Below, one piece after another: positions 13,419-25,509 of a stretch of 64,000 nt of DNA. How positions within the stretch are numbered: the stretch's first letter is position 1; every line of letters begins with the position of its first letter. The stretch is from contig NC_069004.1 of assembly GCF_001194135.2 (NCBI RefSeq), positions 14,783,991-14,847,990 of the forward strand, given 5' to 3'. Position numbers and translations under genes: made by a program. Source of the DNA: Octopus bimaculoides. Lineage: Eukaryota. Under the pieces are notes generated by a model. It was given only the letters and a program-made list of their open reading frames with translations. It had not been told where the DNA came from and did not search any database.

Positions 13419-13879
13419 TGCTGCTTGCCATCTGATTTCTTTGCTAGTCAAAAAGAATTTCAGTGTTTGTTGAAAGATAACTGGAACCCTGCCAACAGTT
13501 TTGTCCACACAAATCAATAAAATGGGAGTCCAGCGGTCTGGCCCTGCCCTTCCACCCTGACTAACCAACCAACCGACAATGATGATGATGATGCTGACGA
13601 AGATGATGACGAGAATGATGACGATAACGTTGTTATTAAACTACTTCAATCATTTCTCTTTCATTGTTTATTATTTTGAAGGAACAGCCCAACATTTTTT
13701 TTAATTTTATTTAAATTTTTTTTATTCAATTTTTTTGTCAGTTTTTTCACACTTGCAGACAACCTCTTCCTCTCTCCCCTCCTTCTCTCTCTTCACACAC
13801 ACACACATCCTTATGCAGCATATAAATTGGAAATATACTGTGTCGTGCCCTTCTATGTTCTACACAACTCGTAGTCGAC

Positions 13880-14250
13880 ACCCGTACCACCAACCTTGTC
13901 ATTGCCAACACTACAACCGCTACCACCATCACCTTCAGCATTGTTGTTGTCATCATCAACCGACCACCACCACCACTTCTGCCATCATCATTATCATCAT
14001 TCCATCTACTATCATCATCATCATCATCATCATCATTGCTGCCACTGTTGCTAGCACTACCACCATCACTATCATCATCATCATCCCCCACTTCCATTAT
14101 CACCACCACCATTACCACCATCATCATCACTCACTCCACCTCCCTCATCGCTACCACCACCCTCATCATCCCCATCATTATAATTGTCATAATTATTATC
14201 AGCATTACTCTTACCACTACCATCACCACCACTACCACCATCATCACCAT
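13880..14250. repeat. Compound (CAT/CAC)n low-complexity tract
   Basis: Trinucleotide mosaic that produces the spurious His/Thr/Ile-rich ORFs of the track. Confidence 0.9.
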
Positions 14251-14432
14251 GATCAAAGCCTTTATTGTCATTCAATGGTACCTGCCCACCTCCTTTAGCC
14301 AGGAATGTCAGATAGATTCTCTCAATTTGGTAACCATGGTGAAGGACATTGCAAGAGGGACACAATTGAAGGCTTCTTTCTCTTTGACCAAGCTCTTATC
14401 AACTTGTTCTACTTGGAGTGGTTGGCGAGGGG

Positions 14433-14480
<48 letters not shown>

Positions 14481-14832
14481 TGGTGAGCAGGACTCACTTG
14501 ATGGGTCCCACTTTTAACATTTTCAGTCCATATTAGAAAAAGGGACACATGTCCCTGACAGTCAGGTTAATCTTTGATCTGCAGTGTATTTTGGTTGGCA
14601 GTAGGTAACTGTCGCCTACTCTCAGGTATCTTTTGATGATGCTTGGTGATGGGTTTCAGTAAAAGGAAGGGCTCTCACTAAGAAGCCCTGTGCAAATGAG
14701 GTTCATTTTGTAGAAGTCCAGTAGTTGTCCATGCATGCATGTAACCCCTCTTCATGCCACTGAGGATGTCGAAAGATAAAGCAGCTTGGCACCGGTGTCT
14801 TTGCAAGTGTTTCTGTCAGAATGTGAATAATA

Positions 14833-15245
14833 ATAGGTGCAGGAGTGGCTGTGTGGTAAGTAGCTTGCTTACCAACCACATGGTTCCGGGTTAAGTCCCA
14901 CTGTGTGGCACCTTGGGCAAGTCAAGTGTCTTCTACTATAGCCTCGGGCCAACCAAAGCCTTGTGAGTGGATTTCGTAGACGGAAACTGAAAGAAGCCCA
15001 TCGTATATTTATATATATATGTGTGTGTGTGTATGCGTGTCTGTGTTTGTCTCCCCAACATCGCTTGACAACCAATGCTGGTGTGTTTACGTCCCCGTAA
15101 CTTAGCGGTTCGGTTAAAGAGACCGATAGAATAAGTACTAGGCTTACAGAGAATAAGTCCTGGGGTCAATTAGCTCGACTAAAAGGCGGTGTTCCAGCAT
15201 GGCCACAATTAAATGACTGAAACAAGTAAAAGAGTAAAAGAGTAA
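14833..15245 (+). mobile_element. SINE family A, full length
   Basis: Near-consensus copy ending aagtaaaagagtaaaagagtaa. Confidence 0.9.
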
Positions 15246-15252
15246 CCAAAGA

Positions 15253-16255
15253 ATAGATGCAGGCATGGCTGTGTGGTAAGAAGCTTGCCATATGTTGGTG
15301 GGAATTGTGCTGCCAACAGCGGAAGTGACTACCTCATCCCCGGAAGGAGAAGAATTATTGGTCTTCTTCTACAGAGGCGGAGAGATGGAGGTGTTGGAAA
15401 AGCACCATAAGAAAGCAACTTTGACCTGCACACAGGATCCCGAATGACCTCCGCAGATAGCTGTGGAGGTCATAACGTTACCCGTGTTGCATAGGCTGGA
15501 GGGGCTTAATGAGGAATATCGCTTGTGTCTGAGTGATGCTGACACATCGCCTGCTTTGTGCTTAAGTGAGGCGTGGGTGATGGCGGAAGATGTGGTCACA
15601 AGCGATGCTGGGGAGGAATTTGGACAAGAGATGGAAAAGCTTCAGCGTTATGAATTGATGACGGGTTTGAAACCTTATTCTGTTTAACAAAGTAAGAGGC
15701 ATAATGCCTCCTTTTTGTATCAGTGAACATTTTGAACAGCTGTAAGAGGCTTGTTGCCTCATATACAAGAGAACAATATTTTCAGGGATCAAACGATCGG
15801 CGGGCATTGCTTGATTCCCCCCCCCCCCATTTATTCATTAATCATCATTTTTTCATCACACAGAACATTATGTCTATGTCTAGCCCGCAGCTTCCTTTTT
15901 CTCAGTATGAGGCCTTTATGGCCAATTTTAATGAAATAAAGAAGCTCGCTTCCCCATGACATGGTTCTGGGTTCTATCCCACTGCATGGCACCTTGGGCA
16001 AGTGTCTTCCACTATAACCTCAGACCATCCAAAGCCTTGTGAGTGGATTTGGTTGGTGGAAACTGGAAAAAGCCCATCATATTTGTATGTGTTTTTGTAC
16101 CCCACCACCACTTGACAATCAATGTTGGTGTGTTTATGTCTCTCTAACTTAGTGGTACAGCAAAGAGACCAATAGAATAAGTACAATGCTTAAAAACAAA
16201 TTCTGGGGTTTATTTGTTTGACTAAAACCCTTTAAAGCAGTGCCCTAGCATGGTT
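15253..16255 (+). mobile_element. SINE family A interrupted by a 650-bp insertion
   Basis: Head stops after aagaagcttgc (15278-15288) and resumes at aagaagctcgc ttcccc...catggttctggg (15939 onward). Confidence 0.85.
15289..15938 (+). pseudogene. Retroposed coding-like fragment of unknown origin (132-codon frame with one internal TGA)
   Basis: Frame 15292-15687 reads MLVGIVLPTAEV...TQDPE*PPQIAVEV...RYELMTGLKPYSV*; GC-richer and CpG-richer than the flanks; A-rich end (gaaataaa); 11-bp TSD with 1 mismatch. Confidence 0.5.
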
Positions 16256-17379
16256 ATAAGCATGACCATCCAGCTATTTCATTCATTGTCCAACCCTAAG
16301 TGTCTTGCGAGTTGGCTTGGCTTGAAGAATCCATGTTGTGATTCTATCCTGTGATATTCTAATCTTATGTTCTTGTCTTGGAGAGACTCCCCAATTTTTG
16401 ATTTATGAGCCCTGTTGTGTTCTGTAACTTGAGAGATCTTTCAGCGGCCCCTCATTTTGGTTGCTTGTATTCATCATCATACTCCTTTGATCATTACCTG
16501 ACATTCGTGGCCACCATCACATAATCACACACCGCATGTGGATCTGTAGTAAGAAGTTTGATTCTCAACCACATGGTCCTGGGTTCAGTCCCACCAAAGC
16601 TTTCTAAGTGGATCTGGGAGACAGAAACTGAAAGAAGCCCATCTTACATATTTGAGTTGTTGTGTATGTCTTTGTCACCCAGCGCCACTTGACAACAGGT
16701 ACTGGTGTGTTTACATCCCCTTAACTTAGCAGTTCAGCAAAAGATACTGATAGAGGAAGTACCAGGCTTAAAAAAATACAAAAATACTGGGGTCAATTTG
16801 TTTGACTAAAATTCTTTGAGGTGGTACCCCAGCATGGCCGCAGTCTAATGAGACTGAACCAAATAAAAGATACTTCTGTACATACACTGTCTTATGTCTC
16901 ACTACCATACGCCATTTCTCATCACAAACTATACATAGTCCTTTACATTCACCATCCATGTTTCACTACCATACAACATTACAAATGATATACACTCCAC
17001 ATATATAGTTAGTACTTTACATTTACTCTCCAAGTTGCACAACTACACAGTGACAAAACTTACACAGATAAATATATTTAATAACATTAAAGTAGCACCA
17101 AAGTTTCATTTAATGGTGATTGGATTGTAAGGTTTTTGAATATTTATATTTAGGTTGAGTAGAGCTTTTTGCGTTTTCTTTTCATCACCTCTCAACAATA
17201 ATGGAGAAATTGTGTATTGGTGAAAAAGAAGTGAAAACATAAATGCTACAAACATTGGTTTGTTGTAAGGTAACTATCATCATCATCATCATTGTCGTCA
17301 TCATCTTCATTATTGTTGTTACTGTCATAACAAGAAGAAAAACGATGACAACTAGAATAGCAATAATTGTTTTATGTTT

Positions 17380-17910
17380 TGTTACCAGAGCATTGGTGCA
17401 TTGAGAGAGAAGTTGGGCATAAAAGGAATTATATGCTGTGTGCAAGAGAGGAGACTGTGCTGGTTTGGTCATGTGATGTGGATGTATGGGGAACAGTTGC
17501 ATTAAGAAGTGCCGGTCACTTAAAGTGGATGGAAGTTGTAGTAGAAGGAGATCCAAGAAGACATGGGACGAAGTATTGAAGGCCAATCTCAAAACATTGA
17601 ATCTTGGAGATGACAGAGGACCATGATATGTTGCATATGGCCATACTTGAGAACACCTGCCCACCACAACAGAACTGAGATCCTAAAACCAAGGTGCCAT
17701 GTAATAAGCATTGGTCTGCGTGCTGGTGTCACATAAAAAGCATTCAGTACACTCTGAAAAGTGGTTGGCATTAGGAAAGGCATCCAGCTGTAGAAACCAA
17801 GCCAAAACGGACTATGGAACTTGGTGTAGCCCCTGGCCTTGCGAGTTCCTGCCAAGCCGTCCAACCCATGCCAGCATAGAAAACTGACATTAGATGATGA
17901 TGATGATGGA
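17380..17910 (+). mobile_element. RTE-clade LINE, 3' remnant (ORF2 C-terminus + 3' UTR)
   Basis: Frameshifted translation LREKLGIKGIICCVQERRLCWFGHVM...KKTWDEVLK (RTE RLxWxGHV motif), running into the (GAT)n-tailed terminus. Confidence 0.8.
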
Positions 17911-18753
17911 TTTTGCACAAGGCCAGTAATTTTTTTTTAGGGGAAGGTTGAATGTTAATTACGTCAACGCCTGTGCTCAACAGGTACTTATTTTATCAAT
18001 CTTGAAAGGGTGAAATGCAAAACTGACCTTGATGAAATTTGAACTCAGAGTGCAATGATGCAGAAGAAATGCTGCTAAGCATTTTGCCCAGTGTGCTAAT
18101 AATTCTATCAGCTCACCGCCTTTAGTGATGGAGGAATATTATCTTGCTTGGAAACAGGTGAGCGTTAGTGACAAGAAAATCTGCTTCAACAAATCCTGTC
18201 CAACCCAAGCTAGCATGGAAAAGCGAATGTTAGATTATGTTGACGATAATGATATGTGTATGTGTGTGTTTGTTTGTGTAAACTTGACTGACATAATTCA
18301 ATCCTTGTTTCTTCTTTTATCATATGTTAGGCTAAAATATAGGACTTGTGTCATTCTTGTTATTCTTCCTAGAATTGTACTGACTGTTCACTCCTTTTAT
18401 GTGGTTGAAGTCACGTAAACCCTTCCTGATTTGTTTGGCATTCACAGATTGGCTTATATCAGCCTTGTTAGTTTATGTTTATTTACTGTTGTATCAAAGT
18501 CAACAGTTCACCGTAGTACTCCACCCATTTTGCTTGTTCCTCTCATTACCCCCCTCCTCTATTATCATCATGAATACCATAATACTCTACTCACCACCAA
18601 TTTTTATCAGCAATTCAAAAGACAACTCTATTATTACTACTACAACACCCCATCATCATAAACTTCCATCACCACCATCCAACTCTTTGACTAACTACTT
18701 GGCAACAAACTAAAGTAAAATCTCCACTCACCTACTCCTGTTCCACACACACA

Positions 18754-18801
<48 letters not shown>

Positions 18802-18950
18802 AAAGAAACGGTTACTCTCATAACACTCTTGTCTCATTCTGTATTTCTGTTTGATATGCAACACACAGGAATAGAGAGTGAGACAAAAATATGGGAGTCT
18901 TAGCTTCTTCATACATATATGTGTGTGTGCGTGTGTGTAAATGCATGCAT

Positions 18951-18995
<45 letters not shown>

Positions 18996-19268
18996 TACAC
19001 ACACACACACACACATAGATCATCATCATTTAGTGTTCATTTTCCATGCTGGAATTGGTCGGACAGCTTGACCAGAGTTGGTAAGACCAGGGGACTGTAC
19101 CAGGCTCTATTGTCTGTTCTGACTTGGTTTCTATGGCTGGATGCCCTTCCTAACGCCAACCACTTTACAGGTTGTACCGGGTGCTTTTTATGTGGCACCA
19201 GCACCAGTATTAATCAGCTATGTCAGATAGCTCTTCTTGTGTACAGCAAGGCACTAGATTTCTCAGTC

Positions 19269-19302
<34 letters not shown>

Positions 19303-20257
19303 NNNNNNNNNNNNNNNNNNNNNNNNNNNNNNNNNNNNNNNNNNNNNNNNNNNNNNNNNNNNNNNNNNNNNNNNNNNNNNNNNNNNNNNNNNNNNNNNNN
19401 NNNNNNNNNNNNNNNNNNNNNNNNNNNNNNNNNNNNNNNNNNNNNNNNNNNNNNNNNNNNNNNNNNNNNNNNNNNNNNNNNNNNNNNNNNNNNNNNNNNN
19501 NNNNNNNNNNNNNNNNNNNNNNNNNNNNNNNNNNNNNNNNNNNNNNNNNNATATATATATATATATATATATATAATTATGTGTATTTCTTCTATCTTAA
19601 TGAATAAAAATTCTTCTGATAGAATAAATGGGTTAATAGAAACCAATGTAGCAAAGAACACAAAATAACTGTGGTTTAGTTCCTGTTTTTAAGGCAGGAA
19701 CTCCTTGAAATTTTGGGTATTTGAGTATATTTAAGAATTTAAGGAATGGAGAAAACGCATGTTATAATTGCATACTTTATTCCTACATATGTTTCAAAGG
19801 ATTACAACCTGTGTGATCCATAGGGATCTTTGATATATTTGTTTCAGTCATTTGACTGTGGCCATGCTGGAGGATATATATATTTTATTCAATTTTCACT
19901 TGTTTTCTCATGCCAACCTGTATTAAACAAGTGTATTATTGAGGCATTGTTTCAGAACTGGATGCCTTTCCTGTTGCTAACCATTATGTTTTTTTCAAGT
20001 GAGATTTATATCTTTACATACTCGTGATCTTCCTCCTATAGTGGAATTTGTAACAAAATCAGGAAAGAAATTGCAGGTGTGAAAGCAAAACCTGGAATTA
20101 AAAGGCCTAAAAGTTAACTTAACAAAGACCAAAGTTCTATTAAGCAGGAAAACAGAAAGGGCTGTACCCCTATCAGTTTGAAATATATATATATACTCCC
20201 CTGTGCAGACCTATGTCTCGTGACTGTATTCAGTCACGAGACATTGGTCTGCACAGG

Positions 20258-20560
20258 TGAGACTTGGAGAAAATTAAATGTTTCCAACAGCACAAACTTC
20301 ATAATCATACAGATTTAATGCAAGGACTATATTACCAATGAAGAGGTTCTGCTCCAGGCTGGACTGCCCGTATGTATGCCTCAAATGTGTCTCTCCCATC
20401 AACTCCTTTTTGAAGAGTTGACCTCTGGTACCAGACAATGCTGAGCCCCCGATTACTGTTTCCAAACTCAGCTCAAGATCACTCTCCTCTGATGTGCCAT
20501 TCACCTAAATATCAATCACTATTGACCAAAGTTGGCATGACATCATCAAGGAGAAAAGGA
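20258..20560 (+). mobile_element. RTE-clade LINE remnant
   Basis: Frameshifted WRKLN...ITNEEVLLQAGLP...LFEELTSG, matching the RTE/BovB-like ItNeEVL...LyGEL..G region. Confidence 0.6.
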
Positions 20561-23500
20561 TCCTTCCTGTGTCATAGGCTTATAAAGCTGCTTTCCTGGA
20601 TTCTGTGGTGTGTATATTCCCCTGTTGGATGGGACACCGATCCATTGTAGGATTATTTTTTCCAACTGAAGTGGACTGAAGTAGTGTGAAATGAAGTGTT
20701 TTGCTTGAGAACACAATACATCACCCAATCCAGGAATTGAAACCACAATCTTACAATTATGCGTACAGCACTATAGCCACTGAGCCACATGCCTCCATAA
20801 TGTTCCGAATGAGGAGAAGAGATTTAATGTATTGGTAAGTTCTCTGTGAACCAACGTATAACTGTGCTTCAGCTCTTATCAGAACATTTTCACTTAAGTT
20901 ATTGTTAATATCATTGGAAAATGTATTAATGCCATGGCTTCTCATTCCTCCTAACCTATATTCGTGCATTTGATGTATTGTTATATCCAAAACTAATACA
21001 CTTTTTCTCACTCTTTTCCTCTCCCTCAAACACACGTTCACATTCATGAATACATATACACACAGGCACATGCACACACACATATATATATATATATATC
21101 TATGTACCCCCTGGAGAAATCAAATACAGCTATATTCCAAACCTACATCCATTCTGGCAACTTGAAATAATCAATTTTGCTGATACATTCCATTCTGTGA
21201 AGTTCCGTAGCCTTTTCTGAGAGTGCATTGTTGCAAATTTTAGCCACCTTAGAATTACCATTTCTTATCAACAACACTACTTCAGTTTTATTTATTTATT
21301 CATTTTTATTTGTTTCAAGTCTTGTCTTGAGTAGAAAAAAGTGATAAAAGAAATAAGGAATGGCTCTTTAATTTGGTTGTCATAAATTTAGTCTTATTTC
21401 TCCCTGGTACTTCAGTGAAGCATCTTGTTTTGCTCTTGTTATATTAGTTTTGTTTCATGAGGAAACTATTTTGTCACCTGTGGAATTTTCTACTGGAGAA
21501 TAAGTCTAAATGTTTCACATATATGTTGGTAAGTGTTCTGTGTTGGTTGATGTTCATCTGAGTGATTATCTTGCATGGTTGTGTAATATGAAACTTGCTT
21601 CCCAAACATGTTTCCATGGGTTCCATCCCACTACATGAAGTTTTGGGAAAATATCTTCCACTACAACCTTGGGCCTACCAAAGCCTTGTGAGTAAGTTTG
21701 ATAGGTGGAAACTGAAAGAAGTATATATCTGTACACATTTTTTTCTTCATTCTCTCTTCATTTTTTTTCCTCTCAATCCTTTCTGTCAAAGAGCATAGGT
21801 TTGAAACATCAAAGACTTTTCCATTCTTCTTTAGCATTAAACTAATACACCTGCTTATTGTTCCCTCACCTGTCTTTGGTTTTTGTTTTCATAAATTTGA
21901 AATTTGAACNNNNNNNNNNNNNNNNNNNNNNNNNNNNNNNNNNNNNNNNNNNNNNNNNNNNNNNNNNNNNNNNNNNNNNNNNNNNNNNNNNNNNNNNNNN
22001 NNNNNNNNNNNNNNNNNNNNNNNNNNNNNNNNNNNNNNNNNNNNNNNNNNNNNNNNNNNNNNNNNNNNNNNNNNNNNNNNNNNNNNNNNNNNNNNNNNNN
22101 NNNNNNNNNNNNNNNNNNNNNNNNNNNNNNNNNNNNNNNNNNNNNNNNNNNNNNNNNNNNNNNNNNNNNNNNNNNNNNNNNNNNNNNNNNNNNNNNNNNN
22201 NNNNNNNNNNNNNNNNNNNNNNNNNNNNNNNNNNNNNNNNNNNNNNNNNNNNNNNNNNNNNNNNNNNNNNNNNNNNNNNNNNNNNNNNNNNNNNNNNNNN
22301 NNNNNNNNNNNNNNNNNNNNNNNNNNNNNNNNNNNNNNNNNNNNNNNNNNNNNNNNNNNNNNNNNNNNNNNNNNNNNNNNNNNNNNNNNNNNNNNNNNNN
22401 NNNNNNNNNNNNNNNNNNNNNNNNNNNNNNNNNNNNNNNNNNNNNNNNNNNNNNNNNNNNNNNNNNNNNNNNNNNNNNNNNTAGGAAGGGCATCCAGCTG
22501 TAGAAACTCTGCCAAATCAGACTGGAGCCTGGTGTTGCCATCCGGTTTCACCAGTCCTCAGTCAAATCGTCCAACCCATGCTAGCATGGAAAGCGGACGT
22601 TAAACGATGATGATGATGATGATGATGATGATATACAAATGTTTGTTTCTATGTTCAGTTATGATCCTTTCACAAGGGCTGAAACCTTGCAGGTGAGGGC
22701 TAATCAATTACATCAACCCGTGTTCCACTGGTACTTATTTCATTGACCTATTAAAGGATGAAAGGTAAAGTTGACCTCAGCAGAATTTGACCTCAGAACA
22801 TAAAGACAAACAAAATGCTATAAAGCATTGCCAGCTCACCCACCTTATTGTATGTTCAGTTATAATAGAAAAAAAAAAAAACAATTTTACATTAAGCTGA
22901 AGGATTACTTCATACTTCAGTAGAGTACATATTTATTATTCATTGACAAGAGTAGTATTGACAGTGACTTTGAAGTTTTGTTGCTAACTTTTACTTTACT
23001 GACAGTGCCCCTGTAACTGTGCCGGTACCACATGAAAGTACTTATGCTGGTGCCATATTAAAAACGCTGGTGCTGGTGTTGCATGAAAAGCACCCAGTAC
23101 GCTCTGTAGAGTGGTTGGCATCAGGATGGCATCCAGCCATAGAAATCATACCAGAAAAGACAATAGAGCCTGGTGTGGCCCCTGGCCTTACCAGCCTCGG
23201 TTAAACCATCCAACCCATGCCAGCATGGAAAGCAAACATTAAATAATGATGATGATGACTGATCTATATATATCTATGTATGTATCTATATATAAAACAC
23301 ATACACAAATACATACATATGCACATATGTACACATAGTGAGGTACACATCTGCAGTCACTCAAAATCCAATAAAAGTGAAATTAAAATGAAAGATAGAA
23401 ACAACTGGAATATGTTCTCTATTGCCATGCAACTCAGTATTTTCGGACTTCTCTTTTACTTCATTCATTGAGGTTTTGGTGCTCAGGTGTGAAGAATCTT

Positions 23501-23904
23501 TAATGCCAAACGGCAAATGTTCTTAAACTGCCAACTATTTGGAAATCCAATTAATTTCTTATTACCACAAGTTTCTTCGTTTATTGTTTTTTTACATTTT
23601 ATTTAGAAAACTGCAAATTTCTTTGTTTTCTAATATTTCATGTATTTCATGGTTCCTTTTGTTTTTTTTTCTTTTTAAAGATTTATATTGTTGGTTTTAT
23701 CAAATTATTATTATTATTATTATTATTATTATGATTATTATTATTATCAGGCATGGCTGTGTGGTTAAGAAGCTTGCTTTGTAACTACATGGTTTTAAGT
23801 TCAGTCTCACTACTCAGTACCTTCAGCAAATGTTTTCTACTATAGCTCAGAGGCAACCAATGCTGTGTAAGTGAAATTGGTAGAGGGAAATTGTGTGGAT
23901 GCCT

Positions 23905-23946
<42 letters not shown>

Positions 23947-24380
23947 TACTCTGGGTTCATATTCTGCTGAAGTCAACTTCACTTTTCACCCTTTTAGGAT
24001 CAATAAAATAAGAACCAGTGAGGCAATGAGGTTGATTTAATTGACTAGTTCCTTCCCTGCAATTTTCAGATTTTGTGCATATAGGAGAAAGAATTATTGT
24101 TTAGATAATTTATGATAATGATGATGAGCCACTCGTCTCAATACTACCCACCCCTCAGTTGAGCTTTCCTGTCTTGAAAGTTTCTTGGTGACCTCATTGT
24201 GGTTGGTGTAGTTTTCTGACTTGCTAACTCCTGTGAAACCATTCAGCCCATGTCAGCACTGAAGGAATTCAAATGATGATGATATTATGATACATATATA
24301 TTCTTATTTTTAAGTTGATCTTCATAGATTTTCTATAGAATTCAGAATATGTAAACAATATGATCATTATGGTTGGATAT

Positions 24381-24425
24381 GGTGCTGATGAAAGAGCAAT
24401 AACTCTTGAAATATACATATACATT
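24381..24425 (+). ncRNA. Minimal type-I hammerhead ribozyme motif (Penelope-type)
   Basis: ggtg-CTGATGA-aagag/caataa/ctctt-GAAA-tat.ac.at-ATA-catt: both core boxes intact, 5-bp stem II, short stem III, weak stem I with two G.U pairs. Confidence 0.5.
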
Positions 24426-24651
24426 CATCACCTGCTTTGTTGTATCTTCAATCACATTGTTTACATAGATGTATTTGTATACAAAATGTTATAACTTAGA
24501 GAGCTAGCTCTGAATTCTATAGAAAACCTATAGAGATAGATTTAGAAATGAGAATATTGCACTGCTAACACAAAAAGTAAGACACAATGTTGACTTTAAT
24601 ATACTAGATAGTATATGGTTGCAAAACAAAATACTGTGCCCTTGCTTGCAA

Positions 24652-24689
<38 letters not shown>

Positions 24690-24707
24690 ATCTTCAAGTT
24701 TAGGGGG

Positions 24708-24918
24708 ATAAAAAAAAAATATTCAAGGGAAATAACTGAACGACTTACCAGTATTATCCGTTTTCTTCTAGCTGTTTATAAATAAATCACACCCTAACCC
24801 TAATCCTAACCCTAACCCTAACGTCAATCAAATCACGTGTGTGATTTATTTATAAACAGAGATGTACGGAGAATACTGGTAAGTCATTCAGTTATTTCCC
24901 TTGAATATTTTTATTTAT
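24708..24918. mobile_element. Fold-back (MITE-like) element with internal telomeric (CCCTAA)n loop
   Basis: Outer arms aaaaatattcaagggaaataactgaacgacttaccagtatt / aatactggtaagtcattcagttatttcccttgaatattttt; inner perfect 21-bp arms 24772-24792 / 24839-24859; ccctaa x5 (one variant) in the loop. Confidence 0.7.
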
Positions 24919-25040
24919 TTNNNNNNNNNNNNNNNNNNNNNNNNNNNNNNNNNNNNNNNNTATATATATATATATATATATATGTATGATGATATATATA
25001 TTTAAATCATGATTATGTATATGTATACATAGATGTGTGA

Positions 25041-25079
<39 letters not shown>

Positions 25080-25426
25080 TGGATGAAAAGGCAGTAATAG
25101 TGAATTTAGAAAAAGAAACTAAAAGGAAAAAAAGAAAGAAAATTTTTGTAAGAAGGAAAAGAAAATAAATTGGTGAAAAGTCTGTGGAAAACAGTGACAA
25201 GTTAGTTTGAATATTTCTTGAAAACTAGATGGATGGCAGCCCATGTTTTGTTTCTTAGTCTACTTAAAAACTAGTTAGAATTGTTTAAATTTTACACTTT
25301 CAAATGTTTCAACTATTCTTCTTCAAAAACTATTCTCTACAATTTCCTTCGAGTATTTAAAAAACCAAAAAAAACCCACACACACACACACACACACTCG
25401 TGCAAACTAATGCCATATTAAATTAC

Positions 25427-25509
25427 CAATTGAGTATTTCTGGTTTTGTCTGTAGACTGGGAATACTAATAGTTGATATTTCCTCGTCACTGAACCTGTT
25501 CCTACTTAT
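25427..25509 (-). CDS. Candidate internal exon (ISRNRFSDEEISTISIPSLQTKPEILN), unidentified gene
   Basis: Minus-strand acceptor ttttgtcag, donor TG|gtaatt, open 83-nt frame in non-repetitive DNA; no recognisable homology. Confidence 0.3.

Noticed and set aside
13735-14536. His/Thr/Ile-rich ORFs of 127-187 aa
   Set aside because: Translation of (CAT/CAC)n microsatellite; open in several frames on both strands; no coherent splice structure.
15655-15687. YELMTGLKPYS resembling protein-kinase subdomain IX
   Set aside because: No HRD, DFG, APE or DVWS motifs upstream in the frame; treated as coincidence.
15688-15938. SECIS element that would make the internal TGA a selenocysteine
   Set aside because: No convincing AUGA..AA..GA kink-turn stem could be built by eye.
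24792-24822. True telomere or chromosome fusion site
   Set aside because: Only five units, single orientation, enclosed in inverted arms; better explained as element cargo.
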